A stretch of 64,000 bases of DNA, from contig CM075988.1 in NCBI GenBank assembly GCA_038087875.1, positions 25,794,001-25,858,000 of the forward strand, in the 5' to 3' direction. Below are positions 50,999 through 63,740 of this stretch, in pieces; position 1 is the stretch's first letter; the number at the start of each line of letters is the position of its first letter. The notes under the pieces were generated by a model that had not been told where the DNA came from, ran no database searches, and was given only the letters and a program-made list of their open reading frames with translations. Source of the DNA: Malacoraja senta. Lineage: Eukaryota. The translations under genes were made by a program, and so were the position numbers.

Positions 50999-51370
50999 CC
51001 AGCAGATGGCGATACTGAGCCATGAATTTGTAGAGCAGGGAGTTTCTGTGAGTAGAAGCGAGTTCGGTATTCCGACTGCGCATGCCAAGGTCATACGTCA
51101 CTCGTGATAAACATTCTCGGCAACTGTGCTGCTGCATGTATACAGACCTGCGTTTCATCCGTAGTCAGGATCGAACCCGGGTCTCCGGCACTGCAAGAAG
51201 CTGTTGAATTGCTACTGGACCGTCCGAGCGTCCCATCTCCGTCCGGGGGTGGCCGGAGATGTCCGGGGTGACCCTGGACTAACGGGACACCGGCCCGGAG
51301 CAGTGGAGTTAGCGCTGCTTCTCCGCGCTGGCTGTAAGCCTGGGGCCACCACTGCAACGGGCCGGTGTCA
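50999..51370. promoter_or_regulatory. Regulatory cluster: CTCF-like site, NRF1-like and CRE-like motifs, CpG-rich patch
   Basis: CCAGCAGATGGCGA 50999-51012, TGCGCATGCC 51077-51086, TACGTCA 51094-51100, CpG-rich 51220-51370, donor-like GCT|gtaagc at 51334. Confidence 0.4.
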
Positions 51371-53669
51371 TCAAATCCTGCTGACTGGGCCAAAATGGAA
51401 TGGAAAGTTTTATTTGTTTTCAATCAATTAAAAACTTGTCTCCATCTGATGTCTGCATCATGAGAGTGTGAAAGCCGTGAGCTAGATAGGGCTCTTAAAG
51501 ATAGCGGAGTTGGGATATGGGGAGAAGGCAGGAACGGGGTACTGATTGGGGATGATCAGCCATGATCACAATGTATGGCAGTGCTGGCTCGAAGGGGTGA
51601 ATGGCCTACTCCTGCACCTCTTGACTATTGTCTATTACAAACAGCGTCCAGAGCTGAGCTGACAGTCCAGTGTAGCCCTCAAGCTTGTGTAGGAAGGAAC
51701 TGCAGATGCTGGTTTAAACCAAAGATAGACACAAAATGCTGGAGTAACTCAGCGGGACAGGCAGCATCTCTGGAGAGAAGGAATGGGTGACGTTTCGGGT
51801 CGAGACCAAAGATACTAGCGGATATCATTTTAGTTTATTGTCACATGTACCGAGGTACAGTGAAAAGCTTTTGTTTGCGTGGTATCTAGTCAGCACATGA
51901 CCACAAAAGACGACACATGATTACAACCAAGATGTCCGCCGTGTACAGATACAGGCTACAGCTACAACATTTAGTGCAAGATAATGTCCGATAAAAGATA
52001 GTTCACAGGTCTCAAATGAGGTCGATGGGAGGTCAGCACTCTAGTTGGTGAGTGGATGATTCAGTTGCCTGATAACAGCTGGGAAGAAACTGTCCCTGGA
52101 TCTGGAGGAGTGCGTTTTCACACTTCTGTACCTCTTGCCCGATGGGAGAGGGGAGATGGTGGAGTGACCGGGTGAGACTGGTCTTTGATTATGCTGCTGG
52201 CCTTGCCGAGGCAGCGTGAGGTGTAGATGGAGTCAATGGAAGGGAGGTTGGTTTGTGTGATGGATTGGGCTACATCCACAACTCTCTTCAAAATTCCTAC
52301 GGTCTTGGATGGAGCTGTTCCACCACCTTAAGGCAACAAGCAATGGATTCCTCAATACACTGAATAGAAACAAACTTAAAGAATGATGTAGTAGAAGGCT
52401 ACTGAGTTGTTTTAGACATATTGCTGGCATGCCAGTATTTATTGCCTGTCCCTGATTGACCTCCGATAATGGCAATAAATCTTCTCCCTGAATAGTCTGA
52501 AAATGAACATAATATTGGTTTAATATTGCAAACGTACCAAGATAATATGTTTTTGTGTGCTATCCTGTCAGCTCTTAGGCTAACGGAATCAAGGGATTTG
52601 GGGAGAAAGCAGGAACGGGGTACTGATTTTTGATGATCAGCCATGATCATATTGACTGGCGGTGCTAGCCCGAAGGGCCGAATGGTCTACTCCTGCACCT
52701 ATTGTCTTTGTTTCTATGTTTCTAGACCACACTATCTGTGAGTACATCAGATCGTGCAAAATAGAAAATAAACAGAGTGCAGAATTACAGCGGCAGAGAA
52801 AGTGCAGATAAAAAACAAGTGCAAGGGTGGCCATGAGGCAGATTGGAGGATGGGGAATACATCCCACAGTGTGTGGGAGGGGTGCATTCGAGAGTCTGAT
52901 AACGGCAAGAATGAAGCCGCTTGTGGTATGTGCTTTCAAACGCGAGAGGAGAGAGAATGACCAGGTAGGAGTGGTTCTATATATCGGCTGCTTTCCTGAG
53001 GCAGCGTGAAGTGTAGATGGAGTTGATGGGGGAGTCTGTTGCATGATGAACTGAGCTGCATCTGGGACTTTTGCCATCTGGGGCAGGGCAGTTGCCAAAC
53101 CCGAGTTGTGATGCATTCTGATGGGATGGTGCAGCTGTAAAGGTTAGAAAGAGGTTGGGGCGACGTGGTGGCCTTGCATCAAGCAGGCATGAAGGACAGG
53201 AGTCTTCCCCTGTCTTTGTCAATGGATATACTCAAGTTCCAGTGAATCTACCACCATGTCACGTGGCAGCAAGATTGGAATCTACGACTTCAGGCCCAGG
53301 AGAGTTTTCTAAATGTCACAACAAGGGAAAGTGTTTATATTTTTGTGGCACTCTCTGCGTGGGTTGGAAGTGCTTGCTCACAGGTGTGATACAGCGCCAA
53401 TGGAACAGTCTGACTAGAAACCGTCCATAGAAACAAACAACTGCAGATGCTGGTTTATACCAAAGATAGATAGATGCAAAGTGCTGGAGTAACTCAGCGG
53501 GTCAGGCAGCATCTCTGGAGAAATAGGATGGGTGACTTTTATATCTTTTTATAACTTTGGTATAAACCGCCTGCCTTGTGCTGATTAGTGGGAGGTAGTT
53601 GAGAGGGAGCATGTACTGATAATCTTGAGCAACACAAAGTCTGAAGCAAAGATACTAGAGGAGTATCCT

Positions 53670-53863
53670 CTGCAGCGGGCGGGTGGAGCTTGACCGCCGG
53701 CCCCGCCAGCTGAGTGGACCCGACGGCAGTGGTCGGTAACTCGCCCCACCCCGCCTGGTCTCCCCGCCCCCGTCCCAATGAACCCCCTTGCTGACCGACC
53801 CGGGTAACCCACCCACCCACCCACAGCGGCACAGACACACAGCAAGCGCCCAGTGATCTGCTG
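53670..53863 (+). promoter_or_regulatory. CpG-rich promoter-like region with candidate non-coding first exon
   Basis: Local CpG enrichment, several GC boxes (ccccgcc 53701, tccccgcccc 53761), CCAAT 53775-53779, donor CTG|gtgaga at 53864. Confidence 0.5.
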
Positions 53864-54014
53864 GTGAGAGTAAAACTCTTCACGCCGTTAACTTTTGGAC
53901 GTTGGAGCTTATTCGGGACGTTGCAAATGTGAGACTCGCCCCATCACGGGATCCGTTTCCGAGGCAAGTTGTGTGACTGGGAAGTGAGCTTTATGTTCAT
54001 ATTCCCCACCACCC

Positions 54015-54790
54015 CACTAGTGGGAGAGTCTAGGACCAGAGGCCACAGCCTCAGAATTAAAGGGCGTTCTTTTAGCAAGGAGATGAGGAGGAATGTATTT
54101 AGTCAGAGGGTGGCGAATCTGTGGAATTCTTTGCCACAGACGGCTGTGGAGGCCACAAGTCAATGGATATTTTTAAGGCAGAGATAGATAGATTCTTGAT
54201 TAGTACAGGTGTCAGGTTATGGGGGGAAGGCAGGAGATGGGGTTAGGAGGGAGAGATAGATCAGCCATGAATGAATGGTAGACGATGGGCCGAATGGCCT
54301 AATTCTACTATTACTTATGACCTTATGAAACAGCGATTTACATGATGCGACAACTTGTGGAAATGATGGGTTTAATATTGCTGTATACCTTGAGATTGGT
54401 TGCTTTTGCTTCGTTGAATGGCTACTTACTGTATTAAACACACCTTTAGAATTTTTCCTGCTTAACAATTTGCTTATGGCTTCATCACATACAATAGTGC
54501 AGGAGTAGGCCATTTGGCCCTTCGAGCCAGCACCGCCATTCAATGTGATCATGGCTGATCATCCCCAATCAGTACCCCGTTCCTGCCTTCTCCCCATATC
54601 CCCTGACTCCGCTATTTTTAAGAGCCCTATCTAGCTCTCTCTTGAAAGTATCCAGAGAACCTGCCTCCACCGCCCTCTGAGGCAGAGAATTCCACAGACT
54701 CACCACTATCTGTGAGAAAAAGTGTTTCCTCGTCTCCGTTCTAAATGGCTTACTCCTTATTCTTAAACTGTGGCCCCTGGTTCTGGGGGA
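54015..54790. mobile_element. Two CR1 3' fragments tail-to-tail (54015-54325 +, 54490-54790 -)
   Basis: ORF2 C-terminal motifs on both strands. Confidence 0.8.
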
Positions 54791-55106
54791 CAGAGGACAT
54801 GGCATGGTGACTAACAACGCATGTGCACTGTTGCACTGTCCATGGTTGGGTCTCGACCCATAACGTCACCAATCCATTTTCTCCAGAGATGCTGCCTGAC
54901 CCGTTGAATTACCCCAGCATTTTGTGTCAGATGGCATAAAATAGCATATGCAGTTCATTTTTATTACTAGGTAATTTTGTTTTTGAGATGGCAGGTGGAG
55001 GGTTAAACTTCGAGAAGCGAAATGTAATTGTTCCTTGTGGGGACATACGATAATAAAACACTCTGAACTCTCTCTCAACTCTAGAGCCACAGCACGCCAC
55101 CTCATA

Positions 55107-55650
55107 GAGTCATAGAGTGATACAGTTTGGAAACAGGCCCTTCAGCCCAACTTGCTCACATCGGCCAACATGCCCCAGCTACACTAGGCCCTACTTGCGT
55201 GCGCTTGGTCCATATCCCCCAAACCTGTCCTATCCATGTACCTGTCTAACTGTTTCTTAAACGTTGGGATAGTCCCAGCCTCAACTACCTCCTCTGGCAT
55301 CTTGTTCTATGCACCCACCACCCTTTGTTTGAAAAAGTAACCCCTCAGATTCCTATTAAATATTTTCCCCTTCACCTTGAACCTATGCCCTCTGGTTCTC
55401 GATTCACCTACTCTGGGTAAGGGGCTCTGTGCATCTACCCGATTGATTCCTCTCACGATTTTATACACCTCTATAAGATCACCCCCGATCCTCCTGCGCT
55501 CCAGGGAATAGAGACCCAGCCTACTCTACCTCTCCCTACAGCTCATACCCTCTAGTCCTGGCAACATCCTCGTAAATCTTCTCTGTAGCCTTTCCAGCTT
55601 GACGACATCTTTCCTACATATAACATGGTGCCCAGAACTGAACACAAAAC
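55107..55650 (-). mobile_element. CR1 LINE 3' fragment (second subfamily)
   Basis: RKDVVKLERLQRRFTRMLPGLEG. Confidence 0.8.
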
Positions 55651-57002
55651 TCACGATACTCTTCCCTGCCGACGTGTCTCCGTGGAGCATGAAGACTCTC
55701 TTGACCTGGTCACTTCTAGTCAAAACTAGAACAATTGGAATTTGGTTCCAGCCACTCTTGTGACAAGTAGATATAGCAGAGGCAAGAACATCGCTGGACA
55801 TCTTTGTGTTGCCATGGGGTCGTGTACAGATGTGACCGGTGTTTCTGCCGTCCTTCTGTACGTATGTCTGCATGTCCTTCATTGTCGGACTCCCCCAGCA
55901 CGAGACCGGACTGTCAGCCAGGAAACGCTTCTCATGTTTCTGACCCCAAATCCTCATGCATCTGACCCAGGGTTGTCAACTTCACTGCTACAAAATACAC
56001 CACTAGCCCTTACATAGCAAGATCCCACAAACAATAAGTGAGTGAGGGAATTACCAAGACACGAAGGTTGAACATGACATTAAGAAAACTCCCCTGGTTT
56101 TTGAAAAGTGTAGTAAGACAATGAACTTCCATCTAAATTGTTGGAAGGGGCAAAGTGCCATTCATAAGTTCGAGGAGCAGAATAAGGCCATCTGGCCCAT
56201 CAAGTCTACTCCCATCGCTGATCTATCTTTCCCTCTCAACCCCATTCTCCTGCCTTCGCCCCATGACTACTGACACCCGTCCTACCTGAGACTGGAGCTG
56301 GCATCTCCAATAATTTGATGGACTTTTCCGTACGTCCCTATATTAGTAAATTCCTGAGTGTGGAACAAGGTGCTGTCTTACTGATTCGAGTAAAGGTGAC
56401 ATCAGCCAAGAAAAAATGATGCATGAATGCACCATTTTATAATTGTGAAACATATATGAATTGCAGCTTATACACCAGACTTTCCGGTACTTGTGTAGTG
56501 AGCTGGAGATTCCACACTGCGACCAATCCAGTCACTCTGTCTCTGGCTGCAGCCAAAATAGAACCGCAGTTCTTGTTCAGTAGTTGTGGCCGGGATTTCC
56601 ATTCCCTCACAGTGGTTACTGGAGAACAAAGTGGATAGTTTGCCCTCTAGTGCTTCGATCAGCGGGCAGTGCAGGTCGCTGTCTGGCTGTACGATCGCTT
56701 GTATGCTGGGGTTTGACTGTAAGAGTACCGTGGCACTGAAGGTCAGTCTCTCAATGTGTCGAGGTGCGGGGTTAGGGGCACCTTGCCTGCTGCTGTTCAC
56801 TGCTGAGGCCCAGTGGGGAAAATGGGAAGTGAAAGGGATTAGATTTTCTTTCGTGTTATTTCTGCTTTGCTCAGTCACAAAGCTGATCTCCTTGAAGCGT
56901 GGCCTGAATAACAGTCTGCATTCTTATTGCAGCATAACATCACAGAAAGTTTCACAGAGATATTTCTGATTCAGCTTTCCTGACAGTATTTCTCCCACCA
57001 GT

Positions 57003-57200
57003 CCTGCCCTCTATCTCTAACTGCCCATCTCTGTGATCCCCCTGCCCTCCAACTCTCTCTAACTGCTCCATCTCTGTGATCCCCCTGCCCTCCAACTCTC
57101 TCTAACTGCCCCATCTCTGTGATCCCCCCTGCCCTCCAACTCTCTCTAACTGCCCCATCTGTGATCCCCCCTGCCCTCCAACTCTCTCTAACTGCCCCCT
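57003..57200. repeat. Minisatellite of about 42 bp, about 4.5 copies
   Basis: Unit ctctaactgcccatctctgtgatccccctgccctccaactct. Confidence 0.9.
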
Positions 57201-57301
57201 GCTGTGTTTGAACTATCCCGGTACAGTGGCACAGCGGGCAGAACTTAGACAGGAGGCTGTTACTGTTGGTGATTCCGCATTTGTTATTTTCAGTTCCTTA
57301 A

Positions 57302-57568
57302 AGGGCCTGTCCCACTTACGCAATTTTTTTCAGTGACTTGCCGGCACCCGTCATAGTCGCAGCAGGTCGCCGAAAAAGATACGCCTCTTTGGGCGACTAC
57401 TCACGGCCGCGGGGTGAAGCCTGTATGGTCGTGAGTAGCCGCCCAAAGAGTCATACATTTTTCTGGTCGCCGCTGGATTTTCAACATTTTGAAAATTTTC
57501 AGCGACGTGTTGCGACTATGACGGGTGCCGGCAGTCGCCGAAAAAATCATGTAAGTGGGACAGGCCCT
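57302..57568. mobile_element. PIF/Harbinger-like MITE
   Basis: TAA-agggcctgtcccac...gtgggacaggccct-TAA. Confidence 0.75.
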
Positions 57569-57953
57569 TAAGATCCTTGTCTCTCGCTCTGCACCACCCT
57601 AGTTCTGCTTGCACCAACATCCAGCCCTGTTATTGTTTATTCTGGTCTTCCAGTTCAGTAAAGACCTTTCCTTCCTTCTCTTCCCCCCCTTTGCATCTGC
57701 TTAAAAACCCGTAACGTTGCTAACACGATCCGTTCCAGTAAAAGATGGTCAGCTTGAAGCATTCTCTCACTATAGATGCTGTCTGACATGCTGAGTATTC
57801 CGAGCGATTTCTGTTTCATTTCAGGTTTAATGACAAAGGTCCAATGATCTAAAAGCAAAAGGAACGATAAGGAAACAAGGGAAGTGGAAGTCGCTACTGA
57901 AAGACCTGGAGCCGTTGAAAGTGCTGCATAAATCTGGTGTCTTGAGTACGTGG

Positions 57954-58242
57954 TTTAGTTAAGTTTAGAGATACAGCACGGAAACAGATCCAGCGGGTTG
58001 CCCCGACCTACGATCCCCACACATTAACACAAGCCTACACACACTTGGACAATTTACACATACTTACAAACCTATACGGCTTTGGAGTGTGGGAAGAAAC
58101 TGGAGATCCCAAAGAAAACCCACGCGGTCACAGGGAGAACGTACAAACTCCGTACAGACAGCACCCGTAGTCGAGATTGAACCCGGGTCTCTGCGCTGCA
58201 AGCACTGTAAGGCAGCAACTCTATCGCTGCGCCACCATGCCG
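57954..58242 (-). mobile_element. HE1-type SINE
   Basis: Reverse-complement consensus. Confidence 0.8.
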
Positions 58243-58355
58243 CCGTTGCCGGTGATGTAGCTGAAGGATTGAAAAGGACCCAGTACACCTCTGGGTGACA
58301 CTGAGTGACTGAGTGTAATCAGATCTTCAACGCTGGGGACTTTGCCTGGGAGTAG

Positions 58356-58643
58356 GGCGGCACGGTGGTGCAGCGGTAGAGTTGCTGCCTCACAGCACCA
58401 GAGACCCCGACTCGATCCTGACTACGGGTGCTGTCTGTATGGGGTCTGCACGCTCTCCTAGTGACCACGTGGGGTTTTCTCCCTCAGCTCTGGTCTCCTC
58501 CCACACTCCAAAGACATGCAGGTTTGTAGCCGAATTGGCTTCTGTAAATTGTGCCCAGTTGGTTGGATAGAACTAGTGTACGGGATGATTGTTGGTTGGC
58601 ACAGACTCAGTGGGCCGAAGGGCCTGTTTCCTCGCTATATCTC
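58356..58643 (+). mobile_element. HE1-type SINE
   Basis: Consensus match; head-to-head with 57954-58242. Confidence 0.8.
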
Positions 58644-58954
58644 GTGTAAAAGGAGACATTGGTGCTAGTTTGCTTCATCTGCCGGTGGATTTGAAAGATT
58701 TTGCAGAGGGACATCGGTGATTTATTTGAAGTGTTTGGTACAGGGAGTCCAATCTCGGGTATGTACACGAGGGCAGGGATCACTGTTCCCAGTTGACCTT
58801 AGACTCCGATACCAACTGCATGATGACCAGATAACTCGGCCTGGGCTCAACGTCCAAGGCAATTCCTCACTTGTCGCTCTGTCCCAAACATGGGTCTTGC
58901 ACAACTAGCTGTCAAAAGTGAGCTCTATCCTGTAGTCTTTAACATTTCATTATA

Positions 58955-59320
58955 GAAACATAGAAACATAGAAAATAGGTGCAGGAGTAGGCCATTTGGC
59001 CCTTCGAGCCTGCACCGCCATTCAATATGATCATGGCTGATCATCCAACTCAGTATCCTGTACCTGCCTTCTCTCCATACCCCCTGATCCCTTTAGCCAC
59101 AAGGGCCACATCTAACTCCCTCTTAAATATAGCCAATGAACTGGCCTCAACTACCTTCTGTGGCAGAGAGTTCCAGAGATTCACCACTCTCTGTGTGAAA
59201 AATGTTTTTCTCATCTCGGTCCTAAAGGATTTCCCCTTAATCCTTAAACTGTGACCCCTTGTCCTGGACTTCCCCAACATTGGGAACAGTCTTCCTGCAT
59301 CTAGCCTGTCCAACCCCTTA
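58955..59320 (-). mobile_element. CR1/HER1 3' fragment, near-identical to 17556-17890
   Basis: DRLDAGRLFPMLGKSRTRGHSL... Confidence 0.88.
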
Positions 59321-59964
59321 TCTCACGCATACAATGATACGATATAATGATACAATTTATTTGTTGTCATTTGAACCTCATTGAGGTTCAAATGAAATTT
59401 GGTTTCTGCAGTCATACAAACAAGTAGAAGAACCAAGACACAACACAATTTACACAAACATCCATCACAGCGAATCTCCTCCTCGCTGTGATGGAAGGCA
59501 AAGTCTTATCTCTCCCCTGCACTCCCCATTCTTCTCCCGATGTCAAAGCTGTTTGCCCAAGTCCCTCTGTCGCTAATGCAAGAAATAAGAATCAATGTCA
59601 CTTTTGGACTTGGTCTGAAAACTCTTTAGAAAATCTTTGTGACACGGCCTCACATCCAGTACATCCTGTGTCTCTTTCTCACTGCAGGAAGTTCTCCATA
59701 TCTTTGGTAACCTTCAACTAACTTGGGCAAAACCAGCCAGTTCTCCCGTTCATTTGTGAGAAACCTGTTCTGCTTCATTGCAAATATGTAGCAAAAAAAT
59801 ATTATAAAGCTTTTCAGCTGTGAAGCATTTAGAAGGTTTAGAAAAAGGCACGATTATTACTGCTATATATATTACTCCTGTAGGAACTTAATTTTCCAAC
59901 TTCCAATCACTTGTAATGCATCACCCCCAAAGAACATCAAATAATTCATGTGAATATATGTATA

Positions 59965-60500
59965 CGGTAAAAAGGAAGGCTAATGCAATGGTAGCAAGCA
60001 TTTCAAGAGGACTAGAATATAAAAGCAAGCTGGTCAGGCTGCATTTGAAGTATTGTGAGCAATTTTGGGCCCCATATCTGCGGAAGGATGCGCTGTGTTG
60101 GACAGGGTCTGGAGGAGGTTTACAAGAATGATCCCAGGAATGGGTGGGTTAATGTATGAGGAATGTTTGATGGCACTGGGCCTGAAGTTTAGAAGGAGAG
60201 GGGAGAACTCATTGAAACCTGCCGAATAATAAAAGGCTTAGATAGAGTGGATGTTTCCAGTAGTGGGAGAATGAAAAGACGTACCTTTAGAATGGAGATG
60301 AGGAGGAATTTCTTTAGTCAGAGGGTGGTTGAATCTGTGGAATCCATTGCCACAGATGGAAGTGGAGGCCAAGTCAATGGATATTTTTAAAGTGGCGATT
60401 GATAAATTATGGGGAGAAGGCAGGTGAATGAGGGAAAGATAGATCAGCCATGATCGAATGGCAAAGCAGACTCGATGGGCCAAATGGCCTAATTCCGCTT
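59965..60500 (+). mobile_element. Degenerate CR1 LINE fragment
   Basis: KANAMVASISRGLEYKS...HLKYCEQFWAPYLRKD. Confidence 0.8.
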
Positions 60501-60681
60501 TTGTCTAGCTGCTCTGTTATGACTTATTGAATACCTATTGTGACGCCAGTTGTAAACCTGTCGTTCTTTTTGCAGAGTTGCTTGTCTTGTCGGTAGATTC
60601 TCTCAGTGGAGAGTTCTTGCAGTGACGGAGTGACTTGCAGTGTCAGAATGCAGCATTTGCAGCATCTTCCACTGGAGCAAG

Positions 60682-60734
60682 ATGGACTTTAATAAAACAC
60701 TGTTCAGCCAGCTCTATTATGAGTCCTTTTACAG
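60682..60734 (+). CDS. Candidate microprotein gene, coding exon 1 (MDFNKTLFSQLYYESFY-R); exon acceptor at about 60576
   Basis: ttctttttgcag| acceptor, Kozak gcaagATGG, donor CAG|gtaggt, phase 2. Confidence 0.45.
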
Positions 60735-61747
60735 GTAGGTGTGAGTTACAACATTATTGTGCAACTTCAAACCAACCAACCACTGCGTCGATGTCTCTAT
60801 CACTAAACTGAAGCACTCAAACGTGTTCTAGTTCTAAGTTGGCAATCTGTTCTGTTTGTGTGCTGCTTGGTTCTATGTTGCTCCACCTCTTCTCCCTGCT
60901 ACCAACAGCATCTTCCACTCCTGCTTGTGGTCAATGTCCCGACTAGACAGTTCCTGAGCACCGCACATTGATCCCTAGTAGTACAAATCTCCCTCTCATC
61001 GGTCTTGTGCCTTTATCAACTGTGTTTCATATCAGCCATCATCCTCATTGCCCTCCACTACCTTTCACAGCCAATGCGTGGATTAAAACATGTCCTCCGT
61101 GGAATAGCTTCTCTCTTACTTTGCAGTCTTCTCCAGCTCTATGACCCATAGAATCAAGGAAAGAACAGTAGTGGCGCAGTTGGACACCATTTGGCCCACT
61201 TGCACCTGATCCAGCTCTACGTACGGGCCACTTGCCCGCCCTCCGCACAACGCCCTGCATTATCTCTTCTTGAGGAGTTATCGGTTATCGGTCTCTATAT
61301 TTTTTAATGCCACAGTTGAATCTTCCACCACTACCCAATCTGATATAATCTGCTCTTTCATCTGCTGCCCCACACCTACACGTCAACAATCTCCACCATC
61401 CCCATCCAGAGATGTTTCTTCATTGTGAACTATTTCCTTGAGTGTTACTCCAAGGCCGAGAGTTGCATCCAGTGCTGGTGGAACTGAGCGGGTCAGGCAG
61501 CATCTGTGGAGGGAATGGCCAGACGACATTTCCCTTCAGACTAGTCAAAGGGCAGCAGGATTCATTATTCATTCGCATCAGCTATAAGGTCAAGGCTCAG
61601 GAGGAGCAACTGTGGGCTTCTTGGTCCCAGAGGAATCATTTTTAAAATGTATTACAGTGTTTTCTGAGCAGTCTTTAAATTCACCTGCTGCTTTTGCTTT
61701 CTTTAACCCTTTGGTTTCTGCTGTGAATTGGTTGCGTTTCTCACCAG

Positions 61748-61832
61748 GTGCATGCAGTACATCCGCGGGCAGGTGTCCACCTGGCTGGCTGCCAACCCTG
61801 AAGCAGGTTGTCATCGCGAGCGTCAGGCCCAT
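61748..61832 (+). CDS. Candidate microprotein gene, coding exon 2 (CMQYIRGQVSTWLAANPEAGCHRERQAH)
   Basis: Pyrimidine-rich acceptor ttctcaccag|, donor CAT|gtgagt, 85 nt, phase 2-0, matching exon 1; GC-rich non-repeat sequence. Confidence 0.5.
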
Positions 61833-62217
61833 GTGAGTTGACGTTTGGTTTGGCATCTTGTGTGGCGGAGTTTCACATTGTGTAGTTGGCATCATTCATT
61901 CGTGACTCTCTGACTCTAAGACCAATAAAACGCTTTCAGCAAAGGTTGCCTCCACTCTCCCCCAATGTCAGTGGTCAAGCTGTTGTGTGTTAATGATGTT
62001 TACATCAGTGTCCACTCATCTGCCTGAAGCACAAGTAAGGACTGGCCTTGTCCACAATCTGGAGATCATCTACTGACTGGCTGCCACTATCAACACCACC
62101 CCTCTGTTAGTAAATGGCTCGATTGTAATCATGCTGGCTGGTTAGCACGCAACAAAAGCTTATCACTGTACCTCGGTACATGTGAGAATAAGCTAAACTG
62201 AACATTGTGTGTTTCAG

Positions 62218-62244
62218 AACATCTCCAGACTACTTCACTTTTAA
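62218..62244 (+). CDS. Candidate microprotein gene, terminal exon (NISRLLHF*), AATAAA at 62292-62297
   Basis: gtttcag|AAC, phase 0, TAA stop, poly(A) signal 48 nt later followed by a T-rich element. Confidence 0.35.
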   Translation, partial: NISRLLHF

Positions 62245-62477
62245 CCAGACTGTTAATATGAAGGAGCTATTTATCCATGGTGTCATTTGTCAATAAAAAG
62301 TTTTCTTTCTCCATTAGAAGTCTCTCCTGTTCTGGGAGGCAGGATCGCTGCAGCATCTCCGGTGTTGTCTCCATCAATGCAAGGCCCTCAGCACCAGCCC
62401 TGGTCGAGGTAGGACTGCTCGCAAGACCTGAGAGCGTTGCTGTTTCTTGCGAGGAGTGAAGCTGCCTTGGGGCTCCT

Positions 62478-62592
62478 GCTCCTGGGCTCTGGGCCCTTGC
62501 TCCTGGGCTCTGGGCCCTTGCTCCTGGGCTCTGGGCCCTTGCTCCTGTGCTCTGGGCCCTTGCTCCTGGGCTCTGGGCCCTTGCTCCTGTGC
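62478..62592. repeat. 21-bp minisatellite, 5.5 copies
   Basis: Unit gctcctgggctctgggccctt. Confidence 0.92.
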
Positions 62593-63478
62593 AAATTTGG
62601 GGATCCATTGCAGGCAGAGCATGTAAGCTTTATTGATGTGTACAATGTACATTTAACATGTGCACCAGGCCAAGAAAGAATGAACAGAAAGGTCCTATAC
62701 CTTTTCACGGAGACCATTAACCACGAGACAGAGATTTAGGTTAAATGATAGAAGGATTAAGAGAGAAGTTGAAAGGATTTTGGTCTAACGAGTGGTGGGT
62801 GTCCACAATAATATGCAAGCCTATGGTACAGAGAGTTGCAACATAGGAGGAAGCTAACTGGCCTTTTTTTAGCTCAAGTGGGCACGTTGGACCCAGTGAC
62901 TTCCTTCCTGTGCTGCAAATATCTAGGATTTCATGTGATTCTGATTCTGGGATTTTGCCATGGACGAGCGGTTACAATTATAAAGGCAGCTAAGAAGTTA
63001 AAAGGAAATATGAGGCAGGGTTTGATAGATTCCAATCAGAAGAGTAAATTATTGTTGTTTTAATATCCGTTCAATTATGTCCTGGGTCCATTTGCGGGTA
63101 ATTTTATGTCCTTCCTGCATTTATTTACTCCTCGATTATACGCTCACAGCTGAGCCAGTGACCTCTAATGTTTGAAATATTCCTTTGGCTCTCCTTGAAG
63201 TCTGGAATGGAAATTTCCCCGCTGTTCTTTTATTTATAGTTTCCATTCTTGAATCGCTGTCGAGGACAAGCATGTTGCTTCGCTGCTTTATCTGGCAGCT
63301 TCACTCCAGACTCCCAGAACCAGACACTGCAAAGTGGATTGCTTTTGTTCTTCCTAGTTGAGACTTGTGATCTGCCCGAGACTGGAAGTGGAGGATTCAA
63401 ATCCCAGGCTAGGGAGTTGAGGAAACTATGCAAGCTGAATGTTGCAACGCAGAGCTGAAAGTGTGCAGCACTTTTGTC

Positions 63479-63740
63479 TTTAGAGATACAGCACAGAAAC
63501 AGGCCCTTCGGCTTACCGAGTCCGTGCCAACCAGCGATCCCCATACATTAGCACTATCCTACACACTAGGGACAATTTACAATTTTACAGAAGCCAATTA
63601 ACCTACAAACCCGCACGTCTTCGGAGTGTGGGGGGAAACCAGAGCACCCAGAGAATACCCACGCGGTCACAAGGAGAACATACAGACTCCGTACAGACAG
63701 CACCCATAGTCAGGATCGAATCCCAGATCTCTGGCGCTGT
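63479..63740 (-). mobile_element. HE1-type SINE
   Basis: Reverse-complement consensus. Confidence 0.8.

Noticed and set aside
62267..62739. Overlapping ORFs with GARAQSP/QEQGPRA repeats
   Set aside because: The 21-bp stop-free minisatellite keeps frames open on both strands; no convincing splice sites or homology.
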